The translations under genes and the position numbers were made by a program. A DNA stretch of 64,000 bases from Armatimonadota bacterium (GTDB lineage Bacteria > Armatimonadota > SYMT01): the NCBI GenBank assembly GCA_046292385.1, contig JBKBRF010000001.1, positions 159,305 to 223,304 on the forward strand, read 5' to 3'. The notes beneath the pieces were generated by a model. It saw nothing but the letters and a program-made list of their open reading frames with translations, was not told the DNA's origin and did no database searches. Shown here one piece after another: positions 20,777 through 31,325 of this stretch (position 1 is its first letter; every line of letters starts with the position of its first letter).

Positions 20777-21905
20777 GAGCGAGAGTGGCGGCACGCCCGT
20801 GGTGCCTTGGATGGATCTGAGGCAGCAGTACGACAGTCTGCGCGACGAGGTCTTGACCGCGCTGGACGACGTTGCGTGCAGCTCGTCATTCGTCTTGGGG
20901 CCCCACGTCGAGCGCTTCGAGCAGTTGTTCGCCGCCTACACCGGAGCGCGTCACTGCGTGGCGGTGAACTCCGGCACTTCGGCGCTGCACCTGGCCCTCA
21001 TCTGTGCCGGCGTGGGGCCCGGGGACGAGGTGATCACGGTCCCGATGACCTTCGTCGCCACCTCCTGGGCGATCAGCTACGTCGGTGCGAACCCGGTCTT
21101 CGTAGACGTCGATCCTGCCACCTACACCATGAACGTGGACCAGGTGGAGAAGCAGATCACCCGCAGGACCAAGGCGTTGCTGCCGGTTCACCTCTACGGG
21201 CAGCCGGCCGATCTGACGCCGCTGCGGGAGATTGCCGAGCGCCACGGCATCCCGGTCATCGAAGACGCGGCGCAGTCCCACGGAGCGAGGTACCAGGGGA
21301 AGGCGGCGGGCACGATCGGCCAGAGTGGCTGTTTCAGCTTCTATCCGGGAAAGAACCTCGGCGCCTACGGGGAGGGAGGGGCCGTGGTGACCAACGACGA
21401 CGGCATTGCCTCTCGCCTGCGCGCGCTGCGCGATCACGCCCAGGGCCAGCGCTACCACCATGACGAGGTGGGCTTCAACTATCGGATGGATGCCTTCCAG
21501 GGGGCGGTGCTGAGCATCAAGCTCAAGCACCTGGAGCGCTGGACCGAGAACCGCCGGCTCCTCGCGGCCCGTTACAAGGAGCTGCTCGCCGACCTGCCGC
21601 TCAAGTTGCCCGCGGAGGCCCACGACCGGCGCCACGTCTGGCATCTCTTCGTGGTGCTGCACCGGGAGCGGGATCGCATTCGGCAGATGCTGGCGGAGCG
21701 CGGAGTGACCACCGGTTTGCACTACCCGGTTCCCGTGCACCTGCAGAAGGCGTATCGACACCTCCGGTACCGCGTGGATGACTTCCCGGTGGCAGAGCAG
21801 ATCGCCCGGGAGTGCCTGACGCTGCCGCTCTATCCCGAAATGACACAGGCACACCAGGACCAGGTCGTGCAGGCCCTGCACGAAGTGATGGAAGTGGTGC
21901 GCTGA
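20769..21905 (+). CDS. DegT/DnrJ/EryC1/StrS aminotransferase (WbpE-like)
   Basis: NSGTSAL, EDAAQSHG, SFYPGKNLGAYGEGG. Confidence 0.95.
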   Translation: MSKSESGGTPVVPWMDLRQQYDSLRDEVLTALDDVACSSSFVLGPHVERFEQLFAAYTGARHCVAVNSGTSALHLALICAGVGPGDEVITVPMTFVATSWAISYVGANPVFVDVDPATYTMNVDQVEKQITRRTKALLPVHLYGQPADLTPLREIAERHGIPVIEDAAQSHGARYQGKAAGTIGQSGCFSFYPGKNLGAYGEGGAVVTNDDGIASRLRALRDHAQGQRYHHDEVGFNYRMDAFQGAVLSIKLKHLERWTENRRLLAARYKELLADLPLKLPAEAHDRRHVWHLFVVLHRERDRIRQMLAERGVTTGLHYPVPVHLQKAYRHLRYRVDDFPVAEQIARECLTLPLYPEMTQAHQDQVVQALHEVMEVVR

Positions 21906-21906
21906 G

Positions 21907-22917
21907 ATGGCACAGTCATTGACCGGCGCGAAAGTGCTCATCACCGGTGGAGCGGGCTTCATCGGCTCCGAGCTAACGCGACAGGCGGTAGCCGCAGGCG
22001 CCACCGTGAGCGTGGTGGATAACCTCGTCAACGGAAAGCGGGAGAACGTCGCCGAAGTGCTCGGCGATCGATGCCGGCTCGTCGAAGCCGACATCCGCGA
22101 CGACGCCGCGATGTCGCGACTGCTGGACGGAGTAGACATCGTCTTCCACCTCGCGTGTCTCGGGGTGCGCCACTCGATCCATTCCCCGATCGAGAACCAC
22201 GAAGTGAATGCCTCGGCGACGCTGCACCTGCTCGGCCGCGCGCGGGCGCTGGGCGTGTCGCGCTTCGTCTATGTCTCCAGCTCGGAGGTCTACGGCACCG
22301 CGCAGTGGGTGCCGATGACCGAAGAGCATCCGACCGTTCCGATGACGGTCTACGGCGCCGGGAAGCTGGCGGGAGAGTGTTATACGCGTGCCTATCATCG
22401 CACCTACGACTACCCGACCGTAGTGGTTCGGCCGTTCAACTCTTTCGGGCCGCGCTGCCACCATGAAGGCGACAGCGGCGAGGTGATCCCCAAGTTCATG
22501 CTGCGAGGGATGGCCGGGCGACCGCTGGTGATCTTCGGGGACGGGACGCAGACGCGCGACTTCACTTATGTAACCGACTCCGCGCGGGGCATTCTCCTGG
22601 CAGGAACGGCGGAGGCGGCGATCGGCGAGACGATCAACGTCGGCCAGGGCCGGGAGATCCGCATCGACGAGCTTGCTGCGGAGGTCGGAAAGGTGATCGG
22701 CCGCTCCGACGTGGAGATCCGGCACGAAGCGCCGCGACCCGGAGACGTGCTCCGGCTCTACGCCGAGTCGTCGCGGGCGCGGGAGCTGTTGGGCTACGAG
22801 CCGACGGTTTCACTCCACGAAGGGTTGGCGCGGCTGCACGCCTGGTACCGCGACAGTGGGCGCTCTCCCGAGGAGCTTCTGGAGGCGGAGCGCGTGCACA
22901 ATTGGGTTACCGTATGA
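21907..22917 (+). CDS. NAD-dependent epimerase/dehydratase
   Basis: TGGAGFIGS, SSSEVYG, YGAGK, RPFNSFGP. Confidence 0.9.
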   Translation: MAQSLTGAKVLITGGAGFIGSELTRQAVAAGATVSVVDNLVNGKRENVAEVLGDRCRLVEADIRDDAAMSRLLDGVDIVFHLACLGVRHSIHSPIENHEVNASATLHLLGRARALGVSRFVYVSSSEVYGTAQWVPMTEEHPTVPMTVYGAGKLAGECYTRAYHRTYDYPTVVVRPFNSFGPRCHHEGDSGEVIPKFMLRGMAGRPLVIFGDGTQTRDFTYVTDSARGILLAGTAEAAIGETINVGQGREIRIDELAAEVGKVIGRSDVEIRHEAPRPGDVLRLYAESSRARELLGYEPTVSLHEGLARLHAWYRDSGRSPEELLEAERVHNWVTV

Positions 22918-24044
22918 TTCCCGTTGCACGTCCCGACCTTGGAGAAGAAGAGGCGGCCGCAGCCCGAGAGGCGATTCTCTCCGGCTGGGTCACGCAGGGG
23001 CCGCAGGTGGCGCGGTTCGAGGCGGCATTTGCGGAATACGTCGGCGCGCCGCATGCCTGTGCCGTCTCGAGCTGTACCACGGCGCTGCATCTCGCGCTGC
23101 ACGCGCTCGGCGTAGGCAATGGGGACGAGGTGATCACCGTCAGCCACTCGTTCATCGCCACTGCCAACGCCGTCCGGTATTGCGGTGCGACGCCGGTCTT
23201 CGTTGATATCGAGTCGAGCTCATACAATATCGACCCGGACCGCGTGGCGGCGGCGATTACCCCGCGCACTCGCGCCATCCTAGCGGTCCACCAGATGGGC
23301 TTTCCGTGTGACATCGAGGCTGTCGTAGAGATCGCCCGTCGCGCGGGCATCCCCGTCGTCGAAGATGCGGCCTGCGCCATCGGTACCGAATTCCGCGTCG
23401 GCTCGCGCTGGGAGCGCGTCGGTAAGCCCCATGGCGACGTTGCGTGCTTCTCATTTCATCCGCGTAAGGTGATCACGACGGGTGACGGTGGGATGCTCAC
23501 GACCCGCTCGGAGGAGCTCGACGCTAAGTTCCGCCTCCTGCGTCAGCACGGCATGAGCGTTACGGATCGGCAGCGGCACGAAGCCAAGCACGTCATTTTC
23601 GAGGAGTACCCAATCGTAGGCTACAACTATCGAATGACCGACATCCAGGCAGCGGTTGGCCGAGTGCAGCTTCAACGTCTCCCGGAGCTTCTGGAGCGGC
23701 GGCGGGAGTGGGCGCGGTATTACGAGGCCGCGCTTAGCTCCATCCCGGGGATCCAGCCGCTTCCTGAAAGGGAAGACCACCGGCCTAACTACCAGTCTTA
23801 TCCCGTCAGGGTGTCGAGCGAGTACCCTGCAACGCGGGATGAACTGATGAGCCGAATGCTGGAGGCCGGTATCGCCACTCGGCGTGGGATCATGAATGCC
23901 CACCAGGAGGCTGCCTACGGAGGGGAGTGCCGTGCCGATCTGATCAATAGTGAACGCGCGCGTGACGAGGTGATCCTCCTGCCGCTCTACCCCTCCATGA
24001 CCCAGGCGGAACTGGACGCCGTCATCGGGATGATTCAGCCGTGA
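22914..24044 (+). CDS. DegT/DnrJ/EryC1/StrS aminotransferase
   Basis: SSCTTAL, EDAACAIG, SFHPRKVITTGDGG; ATGA overlap. Confidence 0.95.
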   Translation: MIPVARPDLGEEEAAAAREAILSGWVTQGPQVARFEAAFAEYVGAPHACAVSSCTTALHLALHALGVGNGDEVITVSHSFIATANAVRYCGATPVFVDIESSSYNIDPDRVAAAITPRTRAILAVHQMGFPCDIEAVVEIARRAGIPVVEDAACAIGTEFRVGSRWERVGKPHGDVACFSFHPRKVITTGDGGMLTTRSEELDAKFRLLRQHGMSVTDRQRHEAKHVIFEEYPIVGYNYRMTDIQAAVGRVQLQRLPELLERRREWARYYEAALSSIPGIQPLPEREDHRPNYQSYPVRVSSEYPATRDELMSRMLEAGIATRRGIMNAHQEAAYGGECRADLINSERARDEVILLPLYPSMTQAELDAVIGMIQP

Positions 24045-25042
24045 TCCGCCCCGGCTTCAACGATCAGCGATTGATCAAGCTGATCCAGGGTAGTGTCGAG
24101 GAGTGCCGTCTGGACCTTGCTGGCCGCGTCGTACTCACCGAGGCGGCGACCGGCGCCTACGTGGTGACCCCCATCATTGCCGCGCTGGCTGGGGCGGAGA
24201 GGGTGCTGGCTTTCACGCGAGCGTCACGCTACGGAAGCCTGGAGGAGGTCACGGAGGTGACCACGCGGCTCGCTCGGGCCGCTGGGGTGGAGAGCAGGCT
24301 GGAGCTCGTTACTTGTAAGCTCCAGGGTGCCGCGGTTGCCGATGTAGTCACCAACTCCGGGCATCTGCGCCCGATCGATGCGGAGATGATCCAGCGTCTT
24401 CAGCCGCACGCCGTAATCCCATTGATGTACGAAGCCTGGGAGCTCCGCCAAAAGGACCTGGATCTGAACGCGTGCAAGCGGCACGGCATCGCAGTTGCAG
24501 GTACCAATGAACGTCACCCCGCGATCGATGTATTCTCTTACCTCGGCTGCATGGCGCTCAAAGCCCTGTTCGACGCGGGAATATCGGTCTACTCCAGCCG
24601 AATCCTCCTGATCTGCGACAACCCGTTTTCGCCGTATATCGAACGGGCGCTGCGAGCGGCTGGGGCTGAGCTTCTCACGGTGACGTCACCCATGCAGCTC
24701 GAGCTCCCCGAGAAGCTCGATGCCGTGCTCGTCGCGGTAAATCCGAGTGCCAATCCCGTTCTGGGTGAGGAATTCGCGCGGGCGCTGAGCCGCCGCGCCC
24801 CCGGCGCGGTAGTGGTTCAGTTTTGGGGCGACCTGGAGCGCTCCCACTTCTGCGCCCATCACCTGGCTCTCTGGCCGGAAATGCCGCCTGCGCCCGGGCA
24901 CATGGCGGTGATTCCTTCCGACCTGGGGCCCGAGCCGGTCGTGCGCCTGCAGACCGGTGGGCTGAAAGTGGCGGAAGTTCTGCTGCGAGCAGCCGCCGAC
25001 CGTACGCCGCAGGATCTGGAGTTCATTGATGCCATCTGCTGA
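24041..25042 (+). CDS. Hypothetical protein, possibly dehydrogenase-like Rossmann fold
   Basis: 333-aa ORF overlapping both neighbours; ADVVTNSGHLRPID..DL.AC..HGIAVAGTN recalls the 2-hydroxyacid dehydrogenase substrate domain. Confidence 0.6.
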   Translation: MIRPGFNDQRLIKLIQGSVEECRLDLAGRVVLTEAATGAYVVTPIIAALAGAERVLAFTRASRYGSLEEVTEVTTRLARAAGVESRLELVTCKLQGAAVADVVTNSGHLRPIDAEMIQRLQPHAVIPLMYEAWELRQKDLDLNACKRHGIAVAGTNERHPAIDVFSYLGCMALKALFDAGISVYSSRILLICDNPFSPYIERALRAAGAELLTVTSPMQLELPEKLDAVLVAVNPSANPVLGEEFARALSRRAPGAVVVQFWGDLERSHFCAHHLALWPEMPPAPGHMAVIPSDLGPEPVVRLQTGGLKVAEVLLRAAADRTPQDLEFIDAIC

Positions 25043-26015
25043 TCGAATCAAGGTGCTCTTGATCGGGCAGGGACCTACCGCGAAGTCAGCCCTCGAGGGA
25101 CTTGCCGATCACTGCGATGTGCTCGGGATCGTTCGCAGCGTTCGACCGGACGACGCCGACCAGGATGATGCCCTTCTCGCCGCTCGCGAGAGGGCGATCC
25201 CGGTTTACACCGATACGACACCCGACGGGATTTACGAACGCGTAGTAGCGCTGCGACCGAGTTGTGTGGTCGTCTCCTCCTACGACCGAATCCTATCGGA
25301 GGAGATGCTGGCGCTGACCACGTTCGTCAACGTACACTATGCACTGCTCCCGTGCTATCGAGGCCGCGCAAACGTCAACTGGGCGATCTTGAATGGAGAA
25401 ACTCACACTGGTATCTCCATTCACCGCATCGCGCCGGGTCTCGATGCGGGCGCCATCCTCTTCCAGGCGGCGGTCCCGATTGGTGGGCGCGACACCGTCA
25501 CCAGCCTGTACCAGCGACTCAACACGATTCAGCGCTGCGAGTTACCCGCAGCGGTGGCGCGTGCCGTTGCGGGGCACCCCGGGGTAGCCCAGGACCCGGA
25601 GTTGGCGAGTTACGGGTGTAGCCGCGTGCCGGATGACGGGTTGATCGATTGGAGTCTTACTGCATCGCAGGTTGATCGATTGGTCCGAGGACTGGCGCCC
25701 CCATTTCCGGGTGCCTTTACCTTCTACCGGGAGACAAAGATCACCGTCACGGAGGCCGAGGTTTCACCCAACCCGCGCCGCTATATAGGTGCAGTTCCCG
25801 GAAGGGTAGTCTCCGTCTCTCGCGACGCCGGCTACGTGGACGTTCTGACCGGGGAGGGCACGGTTCGCATTCACAAGATCCGACCCGACGCCGGGGAAGA
25901 GCTGAGAGCTGCGGAGCTGATTCGTTCCACTCGCGACCAGCTCGGGCTCACAGTACTGGATCTGTTGAGACGCATCCAACGGCTCGAAGAACGGGTGACG
26001 TCTACGGACCAGTAG
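25029..26015 (+). CDS. Formyltransferase (Fmt/ArnA-like sugar N-formyltransferase)
   Basis: NVHYALLP.YRG, GLDAG, IDW, PFPGAF. Confidence 0.9.
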   Translation: MPSADRIKVLLIGQGPTAKSALEGLADHCDVLGIVRSVRPDDADQDDALLAARERAIPVYTDTTPDGIYERVVALRPSCVVVSSYDRILSEEMLALTTFVNVHYALLPCYRGRANVNWAILNGETHTGISIHRIAPGLDAGAILFQAAVPIGGRDTVTSLYQRLNTIQRCELPAAVARAVAGHPGVAQDPELASYGCSRVPDDGLIDWSLTASQVDRLVRGLAPPFPGAFTFYRETKITVTEAEVSPNPRRYIGAVPGRVVSVSRDAGYVDVLTGEGTVRIHKIRPDAGEELRAAELIRSTRDQLGLTVLDLLRRIQRLEERVTSTDQ

Positions 26016-26040
26016 CCGGGCTGCAATTGAGGCTATAAGA

Positions 26041-27069
26041 GTGACACTCTCAATCATCGTTCCCTTCCTGAATGAGGCGGAGATCCTGCCCGCATTGCTT
26101 GAGCGGATTTCGAATCTGGCGAAGCGCCTCTCTCCTCTGAACGTGGAGCTCGTCCTCGTCGACGACGGATCTACTGACGGATCGGCGCAGATCGTCCGGT
26201 CAGCGACTCATCCCGAGCTCAGCATTCGCCTGGTCCGGCTGTCCCGGAACTTTGGGAGCCATGGCGCCTTTGCGGCCGGTATTTCCCACAGCACGGGGGA
26301 CGTATTGACGTTTCTCTCCGCCGACCTACAGGATCCTCCCGAGCTCATCCTCGACCTTGTGGCGGAATGGCGAGCCGGTGCGGAGATCGTCTGGGCCACG
26401 CGGCAGTCCCGTGATGATCCGTGGACCACGAAGATCTTTTCGGCAGTCTACTATCAGATGATGCGGCGGTTTGCGCTCCGCGACATGCCGCTGGGAGGCG
26501 TGGATTTCTGTCTCGTCGATCGGAAGGTTGTCGCCGCACTGGACGGTCTTCAGGAGAGGAACTCCAACATTTTCAACCTCATCATGTGGGCAGGCTTCCG
26601 GCAGACGGTCATCCCGTATGAGCGAGTCGGCCGGGTGGCCGGCACCTCGAAATGGTCCTTCTCCAGGAAAGTAAAGCTCTTTATTGACTCGTTCATTGCG
26701 TTCTCGTTCGCTCCCATTCGTCTGATCTCGCTCATCGGCGTGGTATTATCGGGCGCCGGCTTGCTCTACGCGGCCTTCATCTTCGTTCGACAACTCATGT
26801 TCGGGATCGCTGTTTCGGGTTGGTCCTCACTGATGTGCGTGGTCCTTATCTGCTCTGGAGTCCAGTTGTTGATGCAGGCGGTCATGAGCGAGTATCTCTG
26901 GAGAGCTCTGGACGCCAGCCGGAACCGCCCTCCTTATATCGTGGCCTCCGCGGAGACTATCCTGGGCGACAGTTTTGACGGGGAGTGGGCGCGCCGCGAA
27001 GCTCCGCCGGAGGAAGGCGCCGCCGGTAATCGGCGGCAGGCTGCCGGTGTAGCGGAGCCCCGCTTGTAG
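26041..27069 (+). CDS. Glycosyltransferase family 2, GtrB/ArnC-like polyprenol-phosphate sugar transferase
   Basis: VDDGSTD, SRNFG, ADLQDPPE, two C-terminal TMs, RPPY. Confidence 0.9.
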   Translation: MTLSIIVPFLNEAEILPALLERISNLAKRLSPLNVELVLVDDGSTDGSAQIVRSATHPELSIRLVRLSRNFGSHGAFAAGISHSTGDVLTFLSADLQDPPELILDLVAEWRAGAEIVWATRQSRDDPWTTKIFSAVYYQMMRRFALRDMPLGGVDFCLVDRKVVAALDGLQERNSNIFNLIMWAGFRQTVIPYERVGRVAGTSKWSFSRKVKLFIDSFIAFSFAPIRLISLIGVVLSGAGLLYAAFIFVRQLMFGIAVSGWSSLMCVVLICSGVQLLMQAVMSEYLWRALDASRNRPPYIVASAETILGDSFDGEWARREAPPEEGAAGNRRQAAGVAEPRL

Positions 27070-27070
27070 G

Positions 27071-28006
27071 GTGCCTTCAATGAAGGGATACCTCCTGCGG
27101 TTGGCATTGGGCGGCGCCATTCTGGCAGCGCTGGTCTACTCCGGAAAGCTCACGCCGTCGGCGTTTGCTTCCCTAGACGGAGCCGACTGCCTGGCGCTGG
27201 TGGGTGTTGCCGGGGTTGCACTCCTGAGCACCTCGCTGCGATGGTTTGTCCTCGTCTCTCCACTGCTTCAGCGCTCAGATTCCGCCAACGCGCTGGCCAC
27301 GGCATTGTCCAGTAACATCTACGCTTTCATCTCTCCCGCTGGCGTAGGTGTAGACGTGGCACGCGCACTGGCACTGCGCCGTAAGGGCGACATCTCTCCA
27401 GCGATCGCCGCGTCGTCCAGTATCGTAGACCGAACACTGGGACTGTGGGGGTTGCTGGTCTACTCCGCGCTGGTTGGCTGCTTTGCCGCGTCCCGTGATC
27501 CGCTGCTCCGCCTGTCCTGGATCGCCGTCTCGGCAGCAGCCTGTATCGCTACCGCTGTGCTCCTGGTGTTCCTGAACCCGGTAATGCCCCTGCCGAGTGG
27601 AGTTTCAAGGCTGATACCAGAGAAGCTTCGGACTGCTCTGGCGCTGGTGCACCTGCGGAAGCACCCGCGGACTTTTGGCATGGCCGTCCTCCTGGCGCTT
27701 CTAGCGGCTGCCGCCAATCAGGCGCTGCCGGTACTCGCGTACTCGGCACTCACCGAAGGAAGTGTCGGCGTGGAGCAGTGGTTCGGGGGGGCGCTGGTGA
27801 TTATCGTGAACTCGTTTGGCTTGACGCCCGGTGGGCTGGGGATTGGCGAAGCCGCGGGTGTTCAGCTTCTCCACGCCACCGGAGGGGCAGAGGCGATCCT
27901 CCTGACCCGCGCTTCGCTCGCGCTCTGGGCTGCGGTGTTCTTGCTTCCAAATCCGACCGTGCTGAGCTGGCTCATTCCGGCTCGGGGGGAGAGTCACTCG
28001 TCATGA
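27071..28006 (+). CDS. Lysylphosphatidylglycerol-synthase TM / flippase-like membrane protein
   Basis: LRW, PAGVGVD..R, DR..GL, TPGGLGIGE motifs. Confidence 0.75.
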   Translation: MPSMKGYLLRLALGGAILAALVYSGKLTPSAFASLDGADCLALVGVAGVALLSTSLRWFVLVSPLLQRSDSANALATALSSNIYAFISPAGVGVDVARALALRRKGDISPAIAASSSIVDRTLGLWGLLVYSALVGCFAASRDPLLRLSWIAVSAAACIATAVLLVFLNPVMPLPSGVSRLIPEKLRTALALVHLRKHPRTFGMAVLLALLAAAANQALPVLAYSALTEGSVGVEQWFGGALVIIVNSFGLTPGGLGIGEAAGVQLLHATGGAEAILLTRASLALWAAVFLLPNPTVLSWLIPARGESHSS

Positions 28007-29769
28007 AGTCAGTAGTGAAGGCGATGTCGGGTGTGCGTGGGATGATCGGCGCGTATTTGATCATCATCCTCGCCAGCGCCGCGGCCCACGGGCTTTTATT
28101 GATCAACGATGGAAATTACCACGACGGCCTGCTCCTCTCGCTATCGCTTCAAGCGCAGGATTGGTCCATAGTTCACGAGATCTTCGACACCAGCGGACTG
28201 CCGCTCTATGGCTGGTTTCATCGGGTGTTCGGGGCAGCGTCGGATTTCACCCTGGCTTATCGACTGGCGGCGTTCATCCTTCTGGCCACCATTGGGTGCC
28301 TTACCGCGCATCTGATCCGGGTTTGGGTGGGAGCCCGCGCGCTGGAGGCCGCGGTCGGTGGTGTCCTGGTGGTAGTCCATCCGGCGTGGGTCGTGTCGCT
28401 GGCATTGGTCAACGTCCCATATCTGGCCTTCCTGGCGATCTACTTGACCGGTGTGGCACTGATGATTCGGTGGGAACGAAGTGGCTCCACCTTCGGGCTT
28501 ACCCGGCTCGCGGCGCTGCTTTGTTTCGGAGTCAGCTTCCATCTGGAATCTCTTTTGGTGGTGCATCTGGCAGTCTTGTTGTTGATGTCGTTTTCCGGGC
28601 ACGAGACGCGGCCATCGAAGTCAGAGATCATTCGGTATTTCACACGGCGTCTTGACTTCGTCCTGCTCCCGTTCGCGTGGTACTTTCTGTCTCGGCAGAT
28701 CTGGCCGCGAACCGGGGCCTATGCGGAATACAACGCGATCAGGGTTACTCCGTATGCGCTGAAGCGTGGAGTAACGATGTTCCTGTCCTACGGCTTACTG
28801 GAGCTTGCGCGAGATGCGCTTCGCGAGATCCTCAAGTCGCCCGTGGCCAGCGCCTTGATATTCTTCGGCGCGGCGGGCGCCACGCGAGGACTGGTCACCG
28901 GATCGCGTGCTCGAGTACGCGGACTGCTCGCGGCGGCGCTCGTCCTCTTCATGGCAGGGGTACTCCCGTATCTCATCGCGCGGAAGTGGCCGTCGAGTGA
29001 CATGGTGCATCTTCGCCATATGCTGGTCCTTACGTTCCCGCTCGCACTACTGGGGGTCGTGTTTCTGCGTCTCATTGCCCGCCCAGCGAACAATCGGCTT
29101 GAGTACCTGGGGTTATCGACGCTGGCTTTAGCCGCGTTTGGAATGTCACTGGTCTCGGTGAAGTACCATCAGATGTGGTACTTCACCTATCTCGAGAGAG
29201 CTGCCCTCGTGCAGCAACTCTCGCGCCTCCCAAACGCGACCCAGTATTCGATGTTCTGGATCGATGACCAGGCCGTACGGATGCCGCCGGGTGTATCGAG
29301 CTACGTTCTTGGTACCGCCAGTTACGAATGGGGGGCCCTGTTTACTTCGGTGTGGCACGATGAGAGGCGGATCGGTTACGACTCTGCTGTAGCTGAGCGA
29401 TACAATGCGCGGGGACTGAGCCAGGTTTTCGAGGACCTTCCGAAGTTTCGAAACTACCGCTTAAGAAACCTCGATCTTGAGGGGCGGCAGGGGATCGTGA
29501 AGGCAACTCCAGGTGAGTCGTTGCCGAGCCAGGCCGCCCTTCTGGACAGCGCGACGCGGATGAAGCTGATCTGGGATTATCGAGCCGCAGCCGCACGGGG
29601 TGAGAGCGAACGAGCTCGCTTTCTCCGTGGGTTGGTCGATGTCCAGCTCCACGATTACGTCTTCGACAAGAGCTCCATCGACGCTAAAGCGAGCGTGCCG
29701 AGGCACGGAACGATGGAACGGGTAGCCACTCCGAACGACCTTGCGACTCGCGCCGCTGGAGGAGATTAG
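28003..29769 (+). CDS. Multi-TM protein, putative GT-C glycosyltransferase (GtrII-like)
   Basis: DGNYHDG acidic loop after TM1, about 10 TMs, soluble C-terminus; follows GT2 and flippase. Confidence 0.55.
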   Translation: MKSVVKAMSGVRGMIGAYLIIILASAAAHGLLLINDGNYHDGLLLSLSLQAQDWSIVHEIFDTSGLPLYGWFHRVFGAASDFTLAYRLAAFILLATIGCLTAHLIRVWVGARALEAAVGGVLVVVHPAWVVSLALVNVPYLAFLAIYLTGVALMIRWERSGSTFGLTRLAALLCFGVSFHLESLLVVHLAVLLLMSFSGHETRPSKSEIIRYFTRRLDFVLLPFAWYFLSRQIWPRTGAYAEYNAIRVTPYALKRGVTMFLSYGLLELARDALREILKSPVASALIFFGAAGATRGLVTGSRARVRGLLAAALVLFMAGVLPYLIARKWPSSDMVHLRHMLVLTFPLALLGVVFLRLIARPANNRLEYLGLSTLALAAFGMSLVSVKYHQMWYFTYLERAALVQQLSRLPNATQYSMFWIDDQAVRMPPGVSSYVLGTASYEWGALFTSVWHDERRIGYDSAVAERYNARGLSQVFEDLPKFRNYRLRNLDLEGRQGIVKATPGESLPSQAALLDSATRMKLIWDYRAAAARGESERARFLRGLVDVQLHDYVFDKSSIDAKASVPRHGTMERVATPNDLATRAAGGD

Positions 29770-29771
29770 AA

Positions 29772-30731
29772 ATGGCCCGCGTACTCGTAACCGGCGCGGC
29801 CGGTTTCATCGGCTCACACGTGAGCGAGCGACTTCTCTCCCGCGGCGATACCGTAATCGGTCTCGACTGCTTCGATCCGTTCTATCCCAGGCCGATCAAG
29901 GAGCGAAACCTGGAAGGTCTGCGCTCGCATCCGCAGTTCACCCTGGTGGAGGCCGACCTGCGGAACGTCGGCTCCGTAATGGACGCGTTTCACGAGCACC
30001 GGCCGGAGCGAGTCGTCCACCTCGCCGCGAAGGCGGGGGTGCGTCCCTCCATCCAGGATCCCGCCGCCTACGTGCAGACGAACATCACCGGCACCCTCCA
30101 CCTCCTTCTCGCGAGCGGTGAAGTGCCGGTGGAGCATGTCGTCTTCGCGTCGTCCTCCTCCGTTTACGGCGATGCCTCGCGCGTGCCGTTCGTGGAGACC
30201 GATGCGACCGACGAGCCGGCGTCGCCGTACGCCGCCACCAAGAAGGCGGGGGAGGCGCTCTGCTTTACCTACCACCGCCTGCTGAACCTGCCGATCACCT
30301 GCCTCCGCTTCTTCACCGTTTTTGGCCCCCGGCAGCGACCGGACCTGGCGATCAACAAGTTCGTGCGCCTGATCGAGGCCGGGAAGCCGGTGCCGTTCTT
30401 CGGCGACGGCACCACCAGCCGGGACTACACCTACGTAGACGACACCGTGGACGGCATCCTGGCGGCGCTCGATAACCCGGACGGCTACCAGATCTACAAC
30501 CTCGGCCGCAGCGACCCCGTCTCCCTGCGCGACATGCTGGCGACGATCGAGCGGGTGGTCGGCAAGCCGGCGATCATCGACCAGCAGCCGGACCAGCCGG
30601 GCGACGTCCGCACCACCTACGCGGACGTGAGCAAGGCCGCCGAGCGCCTCGGCTACGCCCCCAAGGTGGAGTTCGAGGAAGGAATTCGCCGGTTCGTCTC
30701 GTGGTTCCGTCAGCAGCCGTCGAATGGGTGA
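29772..30731 (+). CDS. NAD-dependent epimerase (UDP-glucuronate 4-epimerase-like)
   Basis: HLAAKAGVRPS, YAATKK, LRFFTVFGPRQRPD. Confidence 0.9.
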   Translation: MARVLVTGAAGFIGSHVSERLLSRGDTVIGLDCFDPFYPRPIKERNLEGLRSHPQFTLVEADLRNVGSVMDAFHEHRPERVVHLAAKAGVRPSIQDPAAYVQTNITGTLHLLLASGEVPVEHVVFASSSSVYGDASRVPFVETDATDEPASPYAATKKAGEALCFTYHRLLNLPITCLRFFTVFGPRQRPDLAINKFVRLIEAGKPVPFFGDGTTSRDYTYVDDTVDGILAALDNPDGYQIYNLGRSDPVSLRDMLATIERVVGKPAIIDQQPDQPGDVRTTYADVSKAAERLGYAPKVEFEEGIRRFVSWFRQQPSNG

Positions 30732-31325
30732 GGTGGCGGGGACGCGGCCATGGCTGCGGGGTTACTCGCGAGTGGTCGGCATCGACACGAGCTCCTCGGG
30801 GGGGGGCTAACCTACCAGTGGGCGACGCCTGATCTGCCGCCTCTGAGCGGCGTCGGATACTCCGCACTGGCGCCTCCAGGACGCAGGCCAGGACCCTGGA
30901 GCCGGTTGACGCGGCACTCCAGGACTCGTGCGTGTTTCCGCGTGGGGTGGTGCAGTCCCAGGGGTGGGCCGGAGCTTCCGAGGAACGACCGGAGAGTCGG
31001 GCCCAATCGGGCGGTCACCTCCCGCACTGGCGCGCTGCCATGCCTCGCTGCCCCGACAAACTGGCAGGCGCTCCGGTAGGGCTCCGGGTGCAGGAAGCCG
31101 ACTATTCTATGGACTGGTCGGCTCGAAGTGGCGAGTGGCCGGTTGGATAGCTCGAGGTTCACGAACGAGAGCCGGACAGCCCTCTGCTCCCAGGATGCTG
31201 TTGTGGATGTGAGAGGGCACGCGCGGAACGGGTTCGGTGCGCTTACTGCGGACCCGGCCTGAAGTTTGGCCTGGGGCCCACTCCTCGCCCTGTGAGTTTC
31301 AATGTGAACGGATCCCGGAGATACG

